DNA of 64,000 bases, from NCBI RefSeq assembly GCF_964188315.1, contig NC_135657.1, forward strand, positions 62,806,001-62,870,000. The letters run 5' to 3'. The notes beneath the pieces are model-generated. The model saw only the letters and a program-made list of their open reading frames with translations. It had not been told where the DNA came from and ran no database searches. The DNA comes from Podarcis muralis. Lineage: Eukaryota. Below, piece after piece: positions 36,354 to 48,738 of the stretch (position 1 is the stretch's first letter; the number at the start of each line of letters is the position of its first letter). The position numbers were made by a program, and so were the translations under genes.

Positions 36354-38584
36354 CTGCAATCCAGTTCTTGCCCCTTGCTCTGGCAGGGCTTTATGGAGTG
36401 GCTGAACCACCTCTTACTGCATTCACAGCCCTACCACACACTGCAACTGGAGCGGAAGTTAGGAAGCCAGGAAGATAGCTTGGCTGTGTAAGCCTAGAAA
36501 GGTATGATGGCAGTGAGATCTGATTCTCCCCCAGCCTAGAGATGGGGGAGAAATTTGATTCAGCTGGCATTTAAATGCAAATCTATCAAATCCACAGTTT
36601 TCAAAGCTGTATGAGAATCAAAACACAGTCTTCCTTTGAAATTTGCATGTCTCTGAATTTTGCAATGCAATTCTCCAACCAAACAATGCTTACAAAAAGT
36701 GTTAGGGGAAAGTGTGAATATATTTGTGAAAACAACATACAAAAATGCATCATAGCAGGGGAAATTGCTTGCAAATTAGTCAAGGCTTCATACAGAATGT
36801 TTTACTTGAAGAAATTCATTCTAAAATGCTGGTGGGTTTTGATGAGGATTTGAAAAATAAAGAAATCTCAAATTTGCTGCAGAAATGTGGAGAGCAAAAT
36901 TTAAGCATGGAAAATGAGAAAGAGAAAGAACTGAAAAGGGCAGCTCCTTCTGTCCCCTGGTCCAAAAGTTCCTGGGCCAACTCATCCCCTCCTCACCTTC
37001 ATCGTGTCCCATTGGGGACTTTCTGTTGGCTACTGGTGGTGAGGATCTTATGAGGGCTCCTCTACCACCTGCTCATTTGACAGATGGAAGATGGAGTGCA
37101 GAGACAGAGTGTCACTTGTCACAGCCATAGAGCTGGGCAAACAAGTAACACAGCACAAGGGGCTTGGATTGCTCTGTTAGCCCTACTCAAAACAGACTCA
37201 TTGAGTAGAGGCTTCTGAGTTGAATATGGGACTTCTGAGTAAACATGCTCAGAACTTGGCTGTAAGATATGTAGGGCCCAAGCAATTTGGAGTTTATAGG
37301 TTAAATCCAGTAGCTTGAATTTGATTGGAAAGCAGGAAGACCTGGAGCCTATTGTTGCAACACAGATTTTATTCTCTGGGAAACTGGGTGCCAACCTCAC
37401 TGCTCTCCCCATTGCTTTAGTTACAAGGCAAACCGCTCTGTGCTGCACCAGCTGTTAAGTTTTTGACAGCTCCTAGCATTAATATGGCATGTTCCCTTGC
37501 CATTTTTTTGTGGCACTTGTAAACTAGATGCAGATATTATATCTTCTGTTTAACCTTTTATGTCTGCTACTTTTTAAAAAGATTACTGTATTTAAAAAGA
37601 AAAAAAGTTTAAAGGATATGATTTACGGTTTCCTTTAATTGCCAACCCTAGTTTGTCAAACGCTGAGAAAATAGTTCACTAAAAAAGGAATTGTCCCAAA
37701 TTAAACATTGTTGCATTTGGATGCCATGATGTTCCATGGAAAGTTCAAGACTAGCACAAACATTATGATGGGATGTTCTAGGGCTAAAAATCTTTGTTAA
37801 TGTTAGAGAAATACCTCGGCTAAATACATCAACTAATAGGTCTTACCTAAGCAAAGTGAGACATTTACAGGCACCCCCATTTTGCATGTGTTCAAAGCAT
37901 GCATAAACATGCACAAGTGAGTCATTTTTGGACCTGGAAGAGGGTGGTACAGGGGTGGGGCAGAGGTGTAATGGGGCATAACAGGGCTGGGTGGGCATAT
38001 GCGTGCTCCATCCAACACATTTGATGGCCAGGAATGCACCAAAATGTTGCCATTATGGGTTACTGCTGAACGTATTTCCAGCCACTCTATTCTATCCCTT
38101 GTGGGTCCCCCAGGTAGCATTCTTTGCCTACTGAGGATGCTCAATCCATTCTGGAATTATTATTATTATTTGGGGGGTCTCATTCATAGAGGTTTTTTCA
38201 TCCTCTGAAAATCATGCTTGAAACCTCTCTCTTGTGTGTGGTTGATACTGTTTGGGCTACATAACGATTGGCACTTACCCTTGAACTTCATAAATAAAAA
38301 GAAATATTGACTTGTCAATACAAGAAAAGCTGACATAATTTGCAACTTGTCTAGTAAAATGAGGTCTCTCTAAGGTATTTGTTTAAGCATCAACACATTG
38401 TTCAATATATGTAAAATATATACCATAATAAATTGTCATAAACTTACACTCACCCTCTCACAATTCTGAAGGCAGTCCTGTTTAGTGAAGTTTTTAATGT
38501 TTGATGTTTTATCATGTTTTTAATATTCTGTTGGGAGCTGCCCAGAGTGGCTGGGGAAACCCAGCCAGATGGGCAGGGTATAAA

Positions 38585-38628
<44 letters not shown>

Positions 38629-39882
38629 GCTTGGATTTGTGGAGAGATGAGAAACAAGGGTGTGGGTTTGCAATAGGTTTTTCCAGAGAGCTACATCCCA
38701 GGAAGTGTCAGGTGGCAGATTAGCAGCACAAATTTCCACCTCCAAAAGTGGTTCACATGTTCCTCTTCCACATATCCCTTACCTCTCAGCTTTCTGATAC
38801 TACATCTCTTGCCTTCCTCAGTAAAAATGTTCCAGAGGAGATGGTAGGCACAGAATGACGAAGTGGAATATTCTTATAAAGATTTCTTTGATTGATTGAT
38901 TGATTGAGTGAGTGAGTGAGTGATTGAAGACCAAATGATGAATCAACTAACAGCCTCAGCACTCTGCAACCAGATGAATTTCACTGTTTTGTATTTCCAA
39001 TCACTGTTATTGCATTGCTTATTAGAAATTGCCTAATTGCACATTTTCTGCTGCAATGTCTTATGGTGATCTTTTTAGTTCTAAAATGCCCTTGTACTGT
39101 ATACCATATTAGTGTGAGTTGGTTTTGGGGCCAATATTTGCTCATTTGATGATGCTTTGATTCTGCATTTTCTCCCTTATAGAGACACTGCCACTGGCCC
39201 TGCATTGAGTAATCTCTGGGTCTGAGTAATCCTGGGTTAGACTGGGCCTAATCTGAGGCACTAAATAGGATCCCAGCCTAGATGATGTTGTGGATGAGAT
39301 CACTGCTAGAAAGTCTAATAAAGCTGGGAGCCTAAATCTGAGTCCCCCTGCCAGGCTCTCTACATAACAACGTTTAGATCTGTGCTAGATATGCATTTTT
39401 ATAATCTACAGCCCATTTAAATGGAATGTCTCTTTCTCTTAGCTAAAGTGCTTTTCTTAATTTGTTTGTTTGCATTATTTTATTATTCCCCTGCTCCATT
39501 CAACAAAACTGACAGATAGTGATGGGAATTATTATTTCTTAATGCAGTTATTTCTCTGATAAATGTTAAGAATTGTCCAATAAAGGTTCTTAAAACAGAG
39601 CCTTTGTCATCATTAGGTGTAAAGGAGACTGGAGACAATTACTCACAAGGAAACTAAAATGAGGAAATGTAAAATATTAAATTAATCAGGATGGAGGATC
39701 TGCTAAATAGGAAATGAGCCGCGCTGCTCAGCTGCCTGCTGAACTGTGGTCTGATTCTTGAATAGCCACAAGTGTTACACTTTCCCATGTGCAGCACTTG
39801 GGAGGAGCTCCTCTGAGTAAAAGTAATGACATGGAAGCAGGCCCTCAGAAGACTATGGTCCAACTGAAGAGTATTCATTTGC

Positions 39883-40347
39883 TGTCAGGGACTGGGCAGA
39901 GGAGGAATGGTGGAGACCGCCTCCCTAGCCTGACCCTTCCAGAGAAGAGGAAGATGGTTTAGATTTACAACAGGGGTTTGAGGGAGGTTACAGCTCATAG
40001 GCAGATGAGGGGGAAAGTTGGGAAATAATAGGAGAGGAAGCAGCAGAGGTGCAACTGCTGATAGACAGTGTCTTTAGAAAGCATTCCAGACCCTCCATCT
40101 CCCAGAATCTGGTGAGCCTTGAAAGTAGGAGAGCAAAGAGCTCAAAGACAGAGGGCACGTAGCAGCACCCATGGAAGAGACGATGAGAATGACAAATGAG
40201 GAAGTGGGAGAAACAGGGGGTGGAGATTCACTCAGGACAATGCCAATATCCAAGTAAAAATTGAATGAAAAGAGGATGATAAGAAACATCCCCTTGTCTT
40301 GTACGTTTCTGGGCAACCAGCCTGGAGTTGCTGGCAGCAGCCTGACA
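39883..40347 (+). mobile_element. Solo LTR with perfect TSD
   Basis: TGTCAGG...CCTGACA 7-bp inverted termini; 5-bp TSD tttgc on both sides. Confidence 0.85.
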
Positions 40348-42360
40348 TTTGCTCTGCATAATACCACTTGGGTATGACATAGTAAATTGCAACAATGTTG
40401 ACCCAACACATTAATTTAAGCTGCAATGGTGAATCTAGGCATCCTTAAAGGTTTATCTTCCCTCGCTTCTTAAATATTTTGGCCTAAGATAGACTTCTCT
40501 AACAAAGTACTCTCCAAATGTTGTTAGAACTCCAATGGTCAGCCCCAGCCAGGAAGGTCAGGATGAAGAGAGTTGTGCTGTAAAACATCTAAAGGACATC
40601 AGGTTGGGGGTGGCTTAAAGAGAGACCAATGGCTTTGGCAAAAAATCAGACTCTTCACTCCAAAACATTTCATGGCCTCTTGTGTTCTGGAATCCATCAT
40701 TTAACATAATTTATCATGATCTTATTCACGATGGAGAGAACACAGAGGAGAATTTCTTAGAAATGAATCAGCAAAACAGCCCACAAAAAGTCAAGGAAAC
40801 CAGACTGAAAGGGAGCAGATGAACCTTTGGATGAGTAGCACCTTCAAGATACTAAATCTTCTGTCACATCAGTGGGAAAGTTTAAGTCCAGCTGTTTTCA
40901 TCTAGGCTGTCCTGGGTCCAACATGCCTATGAAGAGAAGGCCTTAGAATCATAGCTCATACATCATTCCATGCTGCACCGCAGTAAAGATGGAAAGTAAG
41001 GATTTGGACCTGTCGTGTAAAATATTCACTGTCTGGAAAAAGCATTTCAATCACTTGGGGGTGTGGGTGGGGAAACTCTCTTAAGAGTAACGTAGAAAAT
41101 CTCATGGGCTAAATGCCCAGAAAGAGATTCTCAAGGGAACCATTTGCTAGGCTAGAAGAGTGTGCTGGTGTGTTTCCAAAATGATGTATTTCTTTATCTA
41201 TTTATCTATTTATTGATATCCTTATTTCAACTGAGTTTTTATCATGCCAGGAACAAGACATTTCCACATCCTGACAGTCTAATCCTTTTTTTGCTTTTTG
41301 CCACTATCCTCTGTAGCGCTGCAAGCAAAGTATTGTATGCAGCAGCTAAAGTGTCACCCTATGCAAGGCAAGTGGAACAGACTTTCATCCCTCCCCTCCA
41401 CAGCAATATAGTCCAGCAAACAACTGTGTTGGCACTAAGAAGAATGGGAAGCCTGGGAGAGGGGAGAATACCAAAGAGTTTTACCTGCTGAGTATGCAGT
41501 ACTGTCCAGGCCAGCTCCTACTGCATCACAGTCATTTCTTGGTAACTGCAGTGAAGTAATCAGTACTATTGAATGATTAATTATTTGGCTGGAATCATTC
41601 TGCTCAACTCATTTGGGTAAATAGGCAAAGTCCATTTGTATTAAGGAACTGGTTTGTAGCCTGGATTGCCAGTGTTCCATTTCTGATTGAAAAGCCGCAT
41701 CCCCTTCCTCCTCCTCCTCATGATTGTTTTATTTTTTACTGGAAAGCCCACTGGCAAATATTGTGATAAACTTAAAAGTCCATTATTGACAGTGTGAAGT
41801 CTTCCTGCATCGTGATTTTCCTCTGTACGTTATTTATACATTGGGTCTTTAAAAGCCGAATATGTCAGCCTAAAGATTGCTAACACCTTGAAAGGGCTCA
41901 AAGGTTTATGTCAGGCTTGCACAACTGACATAAGGTGTGGAAACTTTTTCCTCTTGACGGCCATATTCTGATGGGGAAAGTTGCCACAGTGTCGCTTGCG
42001 CACATGTGGTAAGAGGAGCCAAGTCCCCAAACCATTTGTGTGCCCAGACATGCAAGCACACACACACACACACTACAAAGTGCATTCACACAATCACACA
42101 CCCTTAATGAAATCCACCCCCCTCTCACATAACATTCACACAATTACAAACTCTTAACACAGAAGAAAATAAAACTCACACCTTTTGTCTCAGCCCTAAA
42201 ATAAATATTCATGTTGTAATTTTCTCTCTTGGCAGGAAGCCCCCTTCTTCTGGATGGTAACAATAAATAGATCCTGTTTTGACCATAAAAGAAGAACTGC
42301 ACACACCACAATCAGACTGGGCCTAATATGTGCTTTCAGGAATCTGAGTCTTTAGGAAGG

Positions 42361-43362
42361 ATGCAGTTGTGTTGTGAACACATAAATGGCTCCTGCATAA
42401 AGAGCAGCTGGTCAATCAGCATTCGTATTTCCATGTATATCTTCATGGTGTGTGTGATCCTGGCTACCCTAGCTGGCAATTTGACTGTGATCATCTCAAT
42501 ATCGCACTTCAAGCAGCTCCACACACCGACCAATTTCTTAATCCTCTCGATGGCCACAGTGGACCTTCTCCTTGGTTTCCTTGTCATGCCTTATAGCATG
42601 GTGAGGTCGGTTGAGAACTGCTGGTATTTCGGAGAATTCTTCTGCAAAATCCACACCAGCATCGATATCACTCTGAGTACAGCCTCCATCTTCCACCTCT
42701 CTTTTATCTCCATTGACCGCTACTATGCCGTGTGTGACCCACTGCGATACAAAGCAAAGATCAGCACAGGGGTCGTATTGATCATGATCTTTGTAAGTTG
42801 GGTCTTCCCTGCTACATTTGGCTTTGGGATGGTCTTTTTGAAGTTAAACATGATTGGAGCAGAAGAGACCTTCTATAAGCTCATCTATTGTGTGGGAGGC
42901 TGCTTTGTCTTCTTCAATGAAACGTCAGGAGTGGTGGCCTCTGTGGTTTCCTTTTACATCCCTGGATTTGTCATGTTGTGTGTCTATGGGAAGATATACA
43001 CTATAGCCAAAAGGCAAGCCAGGTCCATTAAGGCTGCTGCAAACCAAATACAGATCAGATTTGAGCATCACATTTCACACAGCAGAGAACGAAAAGCAGC
43101 CAAGACTTTAGGCACTGTGGTCGGTGTCTTCCTCATCTGCTGGTTCCCATTCTTCTTCTGCACGGCAACAGACCCCTTTATGAATTATGCGATACCTCCC
43201 ATTCTCATTGATGCCCTGGTTTGGTTTGGTTACATGAACTCCACCTTCAACCCAATTGTTTATGCGTATTTTTACCTGTGGTTTCGAAGGGCCTTGAAGA
43301 TGATTGTACTGGGGAAGGTTTTTCAGCAAGATTCATCCAGGACTCAGCTCTTTATGGAGTGA
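42361..43362 (+). CDS. TAAR1: Trace amine-associated receptor 1 (333 aa; an in-frame upstream ATG at 42328 would add 11 aa)
   Basis: 7-TM class A GPCR; [48 protein letters not shown] fingerprint [17 protein letters not shown]-terminus [15 protein letters not shown] resembling mammalian TAAR1; adjacent to the vanins as in mammals. Confidence 0.96.
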   Translation: MQLCCEHINGSCIKSSWSISIRISMYIFMVCVILATLAGNLTVIISISHFKQLHTPTNFLILSMATVDLLLGFLVMPYSMVRSVENCWYFGEFFCKIHTSIDITLSTASIFHLSFISIDRYYAVCDPLRYKAKISTGVVLIMIFVSWVFPATFGFGMVFLKLNMIGAEETFYKLIYCVGGCFVFFNETSGVVASVVSFYIPGFVMLCVYGKIYTIAKRQARSIKAAANQIQIRFEHHISHSRERKAAKTLGTVVGVFLICWFPFFFCTATDPFMNYAIPPILIDALVWFGYMNSTFNPIVYAYFYLWFRRALKMIVLGKVFQQDSSRTQLFME

Positions 43363-45116
43363 AGCACGTTGAAATTTGAGAGTATTTTCTTCAGTATTTT
43401 ACCAGGCACTGTCCATTTTGAAGCAGAAGGTCAAAGTGAAAAAGCATGTGTGATGCTTCAGTACAGTTGCTCCAGCAGCCCCATCATGGCCCAGAAACAG
43501 GGTGCAGACCAATAACCAACCAAGAGAGAAGTATGGGTGCCAATGGGCCACAACCTATTGGCAAACAGACATAGGCAGAGCAAGCATGGCATTGGGTGAC
43601 AATCTGTTGACATCAGAGACTTTCAACCTGTAAGCCAACCTTCATTGGCTGGGGCATCCATTTGGTGGGTTATCCAGCTCTGAGAGACCAGTGTGGTACA
43701 AAACCAAGCATCTGAGACCACTGGTAGCTTGAGATGGCTGCTGAGCAGCCCAGCCCACTGGACCTTGAGCTGGGAGCTGCTCACCTTTCAGGTCCCCTAA
43801 AGGGACCCCCCTTTATCCACCCAGCCTACCCAATTCTATTTCTGCCAAGTTGCAACAAAGAAGAAGGAACGCGTAACAGAACTCTTGCTACCCACCCAGA
43901 GAAAGACTAAGGGCCAGTTAAGATTGAGTGTGGAATTCATTTTCAGCCCTGTTAACCAGCTGCTGCTGAAAGCCCCAGGAAGTTTTGTCTGTTGATGGAA
44001 AAGGAGGAAGAGTGAAATGGTAGCTGGTCCTTTGGAAGGTTCCTGCAACCCCACAACTCTAGAAGATTCCACTCGGCTGCACAAGATGCAGCCCAGCCCC
44101 CCTCCCCGCCGATATTGCAAAAGCCCCCTCCTTCTTCCTTTGCCATGGCAGCCCTCCCAACCATCCTGGCAGCTCTCATGAGTTCACTGGGCCAAGGGTT
44201 GTAGCTGTCAAACTGATCAGCAAGCAGGTCACAACATTTTTATTGTTACTTAGGATGTGGAGTTTGTTACTGCTATGAGTTTGGGGAGGACGAAGTAGGC
44301 TGTATGCAAGATCCTTCAAAACCCTGGTTTCAGCGAGTGTTAAAATATAAGCCAGGCTAGCTTCCTGTGTTGAGGTGGTAGCCTGGGTGATGGGCTGTTA
44401 AGAGAACAAAGGGCTCTGTGCGAGACATAGGTAGCCGCCCCCCCCCCCCCGACAAAGCCAAGTTTGGAGGAGAGAGTTAGCAGTGATATGGCCTAGAAGG
44501 AAAGTAGCAAGCTGGGGAGAAAGGGAGAGCAATGTTTGATTTCTGTTTGACTCCACGGCTGTGGCTATGAAAGAAACAAGATGCTTTTGGGGTGTTAATG
44601 CTGTGAACCCCTCCATCGGAGGTTCAGGTTGTATATATGTTTAATATAAACCATATATCATAAAGACTCTCTGCCATGCCTCATTTCCAAAAGGAAACAT
44701 GAACCCTGGAACTGCTGCAGTGTCGCACTGCTCAGAGATTGGGGTGACGTGCAACATTACTGTATATTAAGAAACAGAAAGTGGGATTAATGGCTATGTG
44801 CTTCTGTCCCGCTCTTTCTCTTTACATTATCACTAATGAAATGGCCCTTGTTTTGATGGGAAAGGGATTGTGAAAGAAAGAGCTGCATATTGCAGAGGTG
44901 CTTGGGGTTGGGTCAGGCTGTGAGGGCACCGGAACAGTGCCTTCAAATGCAGTGCTCCACTTAAGCTTTGCTATACACGTGGGTTTTTGTTGTTGTTGTT
45001 TCTTAAACCTGTGCAGTTACCAGAGCTGTCCAGTATGTGATGTTATACAACAGATAACAATAAAACACATTTGCTGATCAAAGCAACGTCTGCTTTTGTA
45101 AACCTGGCTTAAGTAT

Positions 45117-45374
45117 GTTGATTGTCAGAAAGTTCTTCCTGATGTTAAGTCAGAATCTCCTTTCTTGTAACTTGAAGCCATTGGTTCGAGTCCTGCTCTC
45201 AAGAACAGGAGAAAACAAGCTTGCTCCATCTTCCATGTGACAGTCCTTGAGATATTTGAAGAAGGCGGCTATCATATCTCCTCTCAGTCTTCTTTTTTCC
45301 AGGCTAAACATACCCAGCTCTTTCAACAGTTCCTCATAAGGCTTGGTTTCCCTCATCTTGGTCGCCCTCCTCTG
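45117..45374 (-). mobile_element. CR1 LINE RT 3' fragment
   Basis: RRATKM...[29 protein letters not shown]...[26 protein letters not shown]1 ORF2 C-terminus with deletions. Confidence 0.88.
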
Positions 45375-47759
45375 CGTATGTGTAGTAGAACATCTGCTTT
45401 CCATACAGAAATCCCTTGTCTTGAAACCCTGGAGAGCTGCTGCCAGCCAATGTGGACAATACTGAGCTAGAGTGACTCAGTGCTATGTGGCTCCCTGTGC
45501 TCTGTATTCCTCTCTCTGCCAATGTACATGATTTCCCTTGATTTAATTCTCCTTGATTGTGTTTCTAAATCACTTATTGTATGACTGAAAATTTTACTAC
45601 TTATTTAAAGTTCATACAGTGGTTCCTCGGATTACATACGCTTCAGGTTACATACGCTTTAGGTTACAGACTCCGCTAACCCAGAAATATTACCTGGGGT
45701 TAAGAACTTTGCTTAACAGAAATCGTGCGGCAGCAGTGGGAGGCCCCATTAGCTAAAGTGGTGCTTCAGGTTAAGAACAGTTTCAGGTTAAGAACAGACC
45801 TCCAGAACGAATTAAGTGCTTAACCCGAGGTACCATTATATCCTACTTTTCTTCATACAATGTCAGGGCAGTTTACAGCAATGAACACATCAGACAACTG
45901 GTAACAGTAAAACATGATAACTCAGTAAAATGAGACAAAACACCTCCCATTTGTCAATATGTCACTGCCAGTTCAATATTTCTTTTACTACATTTTAAAT
46001 TCCTTCCTAACAAATAGATCAAAGGTTGACCTTGTATCCGTCAGCATGATTATTTAAGTATGTGACCTAACTCAGAAATAACTTCTTCCTCTTGTGTGTG
46101 ATTAGGCAAAGTTTCCCCAAGAGTCTCGCTGCCTTTTGTTTTCAAAGTATAATGTCCCATCAGAGACAACCATGTTTTTGCAAAAGTCCTGCAGTATATG
46201 GCTTCATTAGCACCTAATCAGTGCTGTTGTGTAGCTGTCCTCACTAAAACTGAGAAATGCATCAGAGATGTGTTAATGAGGTCTCTTGGTTTCTGTTCAG
46301 ATCCAGTCATATAGCAAATGAGAAGCAAATGAGGGAAATGTGTTGCACTTTTGTCTGATCCTATTTTGGATGGAAATTAACCTGTGAGCAGGTAAACAAA
46401 TATGCCTTCAAAGCATCATTAGTCTTATTAGAACTTGAGACATGGGTGATCAGCACATCTAATTGCTCATCTAACTGAACAGGTCCCAGAGGCCAACTCC
46501 CTTTCCCTTTTGTTTTAAATAGGTACTCTGTGGACGATGTCATCTTTTTCTCTTTCATGAGAACTAAAAAGATCATGAAGACTGATAGTCTGAAAGCATT
46601 TGCTTAGCGAACTACTACTGGTGAACCAGGTCAAGTAAATCAAGCAATTCACTAGTGAATTAGAAATTCAAAGAGACAGTTGTGTCTAATCACAACTACC
46701 CCCTTTAATTTTTTTTCAATATAGCCGCCGCCTCTTCCTCTCATAATGGGGGATCACTTTCTCTTCCACTCTCCCTACTACACACCTATTGTGTTTCCTC
46801 CTCTCTGGCTTTTCCTTCTAGCCTTCCCTATGGGCTGCTCTCTGAGAGTCAAAGTAGTCATGATGATGAATATGCCATTGGAAACTGCAACGAAAAAGCA
46901 AGTGTAGGGACCCCCAGTTTTTTATATGGGAAGAGAAGCCACAACCCTTTCCTTACCTGTCAAGGTCCTCAAAGAAAATTGTTTTCTCTGCTCAGCTCAT
47001 CACTGTCATGCCCTGGCCAAGGATGATCTGGAGCCCCCAGAAAGCAGCTGAGTAGGAGCCGGGACCCTTGTGGGAGACTAGCAAGGACCACTCCCAGCAG
47101 AAAGCAAGATCAGTGACTGAAGCAGAAGGCAGAACCACCATCAAGTCCCTGCAAATGACAGCACCTCTAGAGGCAGGCCAAGATAGTCACAGTTAGGAGG
47201 AGTGCTTGGTTGCAGAAGAGGATTCCTTGTGAGGAGGGTCCTTTTCATGAGGAGGACTCTATGGAAACCTCTAAAGGGCTTCAGCTGGGCCCATGGTGAG
47301 GTTCCGATAGCTCTGGCCTAAAAGCTTCAATGTGAGACTGGGAGAGCTACTGGAACAACATCTTGCTGCCAGCACTGTGTTCTGCTTACCTGGACCTTGG
47401 TTTGTCCATCAACTTGCATTTCCCCCCCGAGTCCCTGCTTGACCTAGACCTCCCCCAAACTGGCCCTCAACTTGCCTTGAACCCCTGTTAGAACCACTTG
47501 GGCCTTGGGTTGGCTTTGGACTTTGCTGCTCTCTGTGCCCATGATAGCCTTCGTTATATGGAAGGTTATCTGGGATCCTGCTAGGATAGGAAATTCACTT
47601 CCAGGGAAGTTCCTTTCTCCATTCCTTCCCTCTGCCCTCATAGCTCTCGTGGAGATGTAGGCTATGGTTGGAATGTACATAGATGAACCTCAGACTTGTG
47701 CACCGACCCCCGTCCACTCTGGTATGGTAGTGGGGAGGAGACTGGAAGCTTTTACTTCT

Positions 47760-48215
47760 AACTAATTCAGCATCAATCCAGACAAGCAGTGGTTAATCTT
47801 AGATATAGTGTATTAAATCAAGCCAGCTTCAAATAATGGCTTATGAAGCTGTTGTATTTTTAATATGATACCAAAATTAACCACAGCTTACGCTTACAAT
47901 GTTTCAATAAAATGTGGTTAATTAAAAATGGATGCCACATCAGAGGAGGAGAGAAGGAATGGAAGCTCAGCCAACAAACTCAGACCTTGCTTAGGCTTGT
48001 TTATACAATTGCATCACCATAGCTCAGCCATGGACAGTAGAGGGGTCAATCTCTCTATGTGTCTGTCACAGTAGAGCTTAAACCACCATGCTGCGTCTTC
48101 CTTCTTCCTGTCTGGCAACTGGATATGTGTGTGTTCCACATTTAAAATGGAATTTATCACACTGGCACCAATGGGAGATTTTGTCCCAGGGCTAATAGCA
48201 TTTTGGGGGAGATGG
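47760..48215. promoter_or_regulatory. Candidate olfactory TAAR enhancer (T-element-like)
   Basis: CTAATT 47762, TTAATTAA 47918, TTGCATCA 48009, O/E-like CCAATGGGAG 48168 and TCCCAGGG-CTAAT 48184-48196; lies between TAAR1 and TAAR2. Confidence 0.4.
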
Positions 48216-48376
48216 GATTTTCCTTTGGACAGCTCCCTACACACCCATGTTGGTTTTAAAAAGTTTTTAAGCATGCATGTTCATTGCTAGAATGGAGTTT
48301 AGGTCACATGATCTCATCGGTCTTTGGAGGATCAATCTTTTCATAATGTATTTGGGCAAACCTATACATAGTGTAT

Positions 48377-48738
48377 GGGACGCGGGTGGCGCTGTGGGTA
48401 AAGCCTCAGCGCCTAGGACTTGCCGATCGTCAGGTCGGCGGTTCGAATCCCCGCGGCGGGGTGCGCTCCCGTTGTTTGGTCCCAGCGCCTGCCAACCTAG
48501 CAGTTCGAAAGCACCCCCGGGTGCAAGTAGATAAATAGGGACTGCTTACTAGCGGGAACGTAAACAGCGTTTCTGTGTGCTGCGCTGGCTCACCAGATGC
48601 AGCTTGTCACGCTGGCCACATGACCCGGAAGTGTCTTCGGACAGCGCTGGCCCCCGGCCTATAGAGTGAGATGAGCACACAACCCTAGAGTCTGGCAAGA
48701 CTGGCCCGTACGGGCAGGGGTACCTTTACCTTTACCTT
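48377..48738 (+). mobile_element. Full-length Sauria SINE with 14-bp TSD
   Basis: gggacgcgggtggcgctgtggg head with B-box-like ggttcgaatcc; (ccttta)n tail; TSD tatacatagtgtat at 48363-48376 and 48739-48752. Confidence 0.95.

Noticed and set aside
25456-42300. A third vanin gene or pseudogene between vanin B and TAAR1
   Set aside because: No vanin exon motifs seen; the 168-nt gap as sized is too small to hide a gene, though true gap size is uncertain.
42328-42360. 11-aa N-terminal extension of TAAR1 from the ORF track
   Set aside because: ATG 42361 aligns with the mammalian start, has a better Kozak context (aggATGC), and the extension overlaps splice-acceptor-like sequence; kept only as an alternative.
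43500-44760. Possible LTR-like elements downstream of TAAR1 (also 47000-47700)
   Set aside because: GC-rich, repeat-like composition, but I could not define termini or TSDs.
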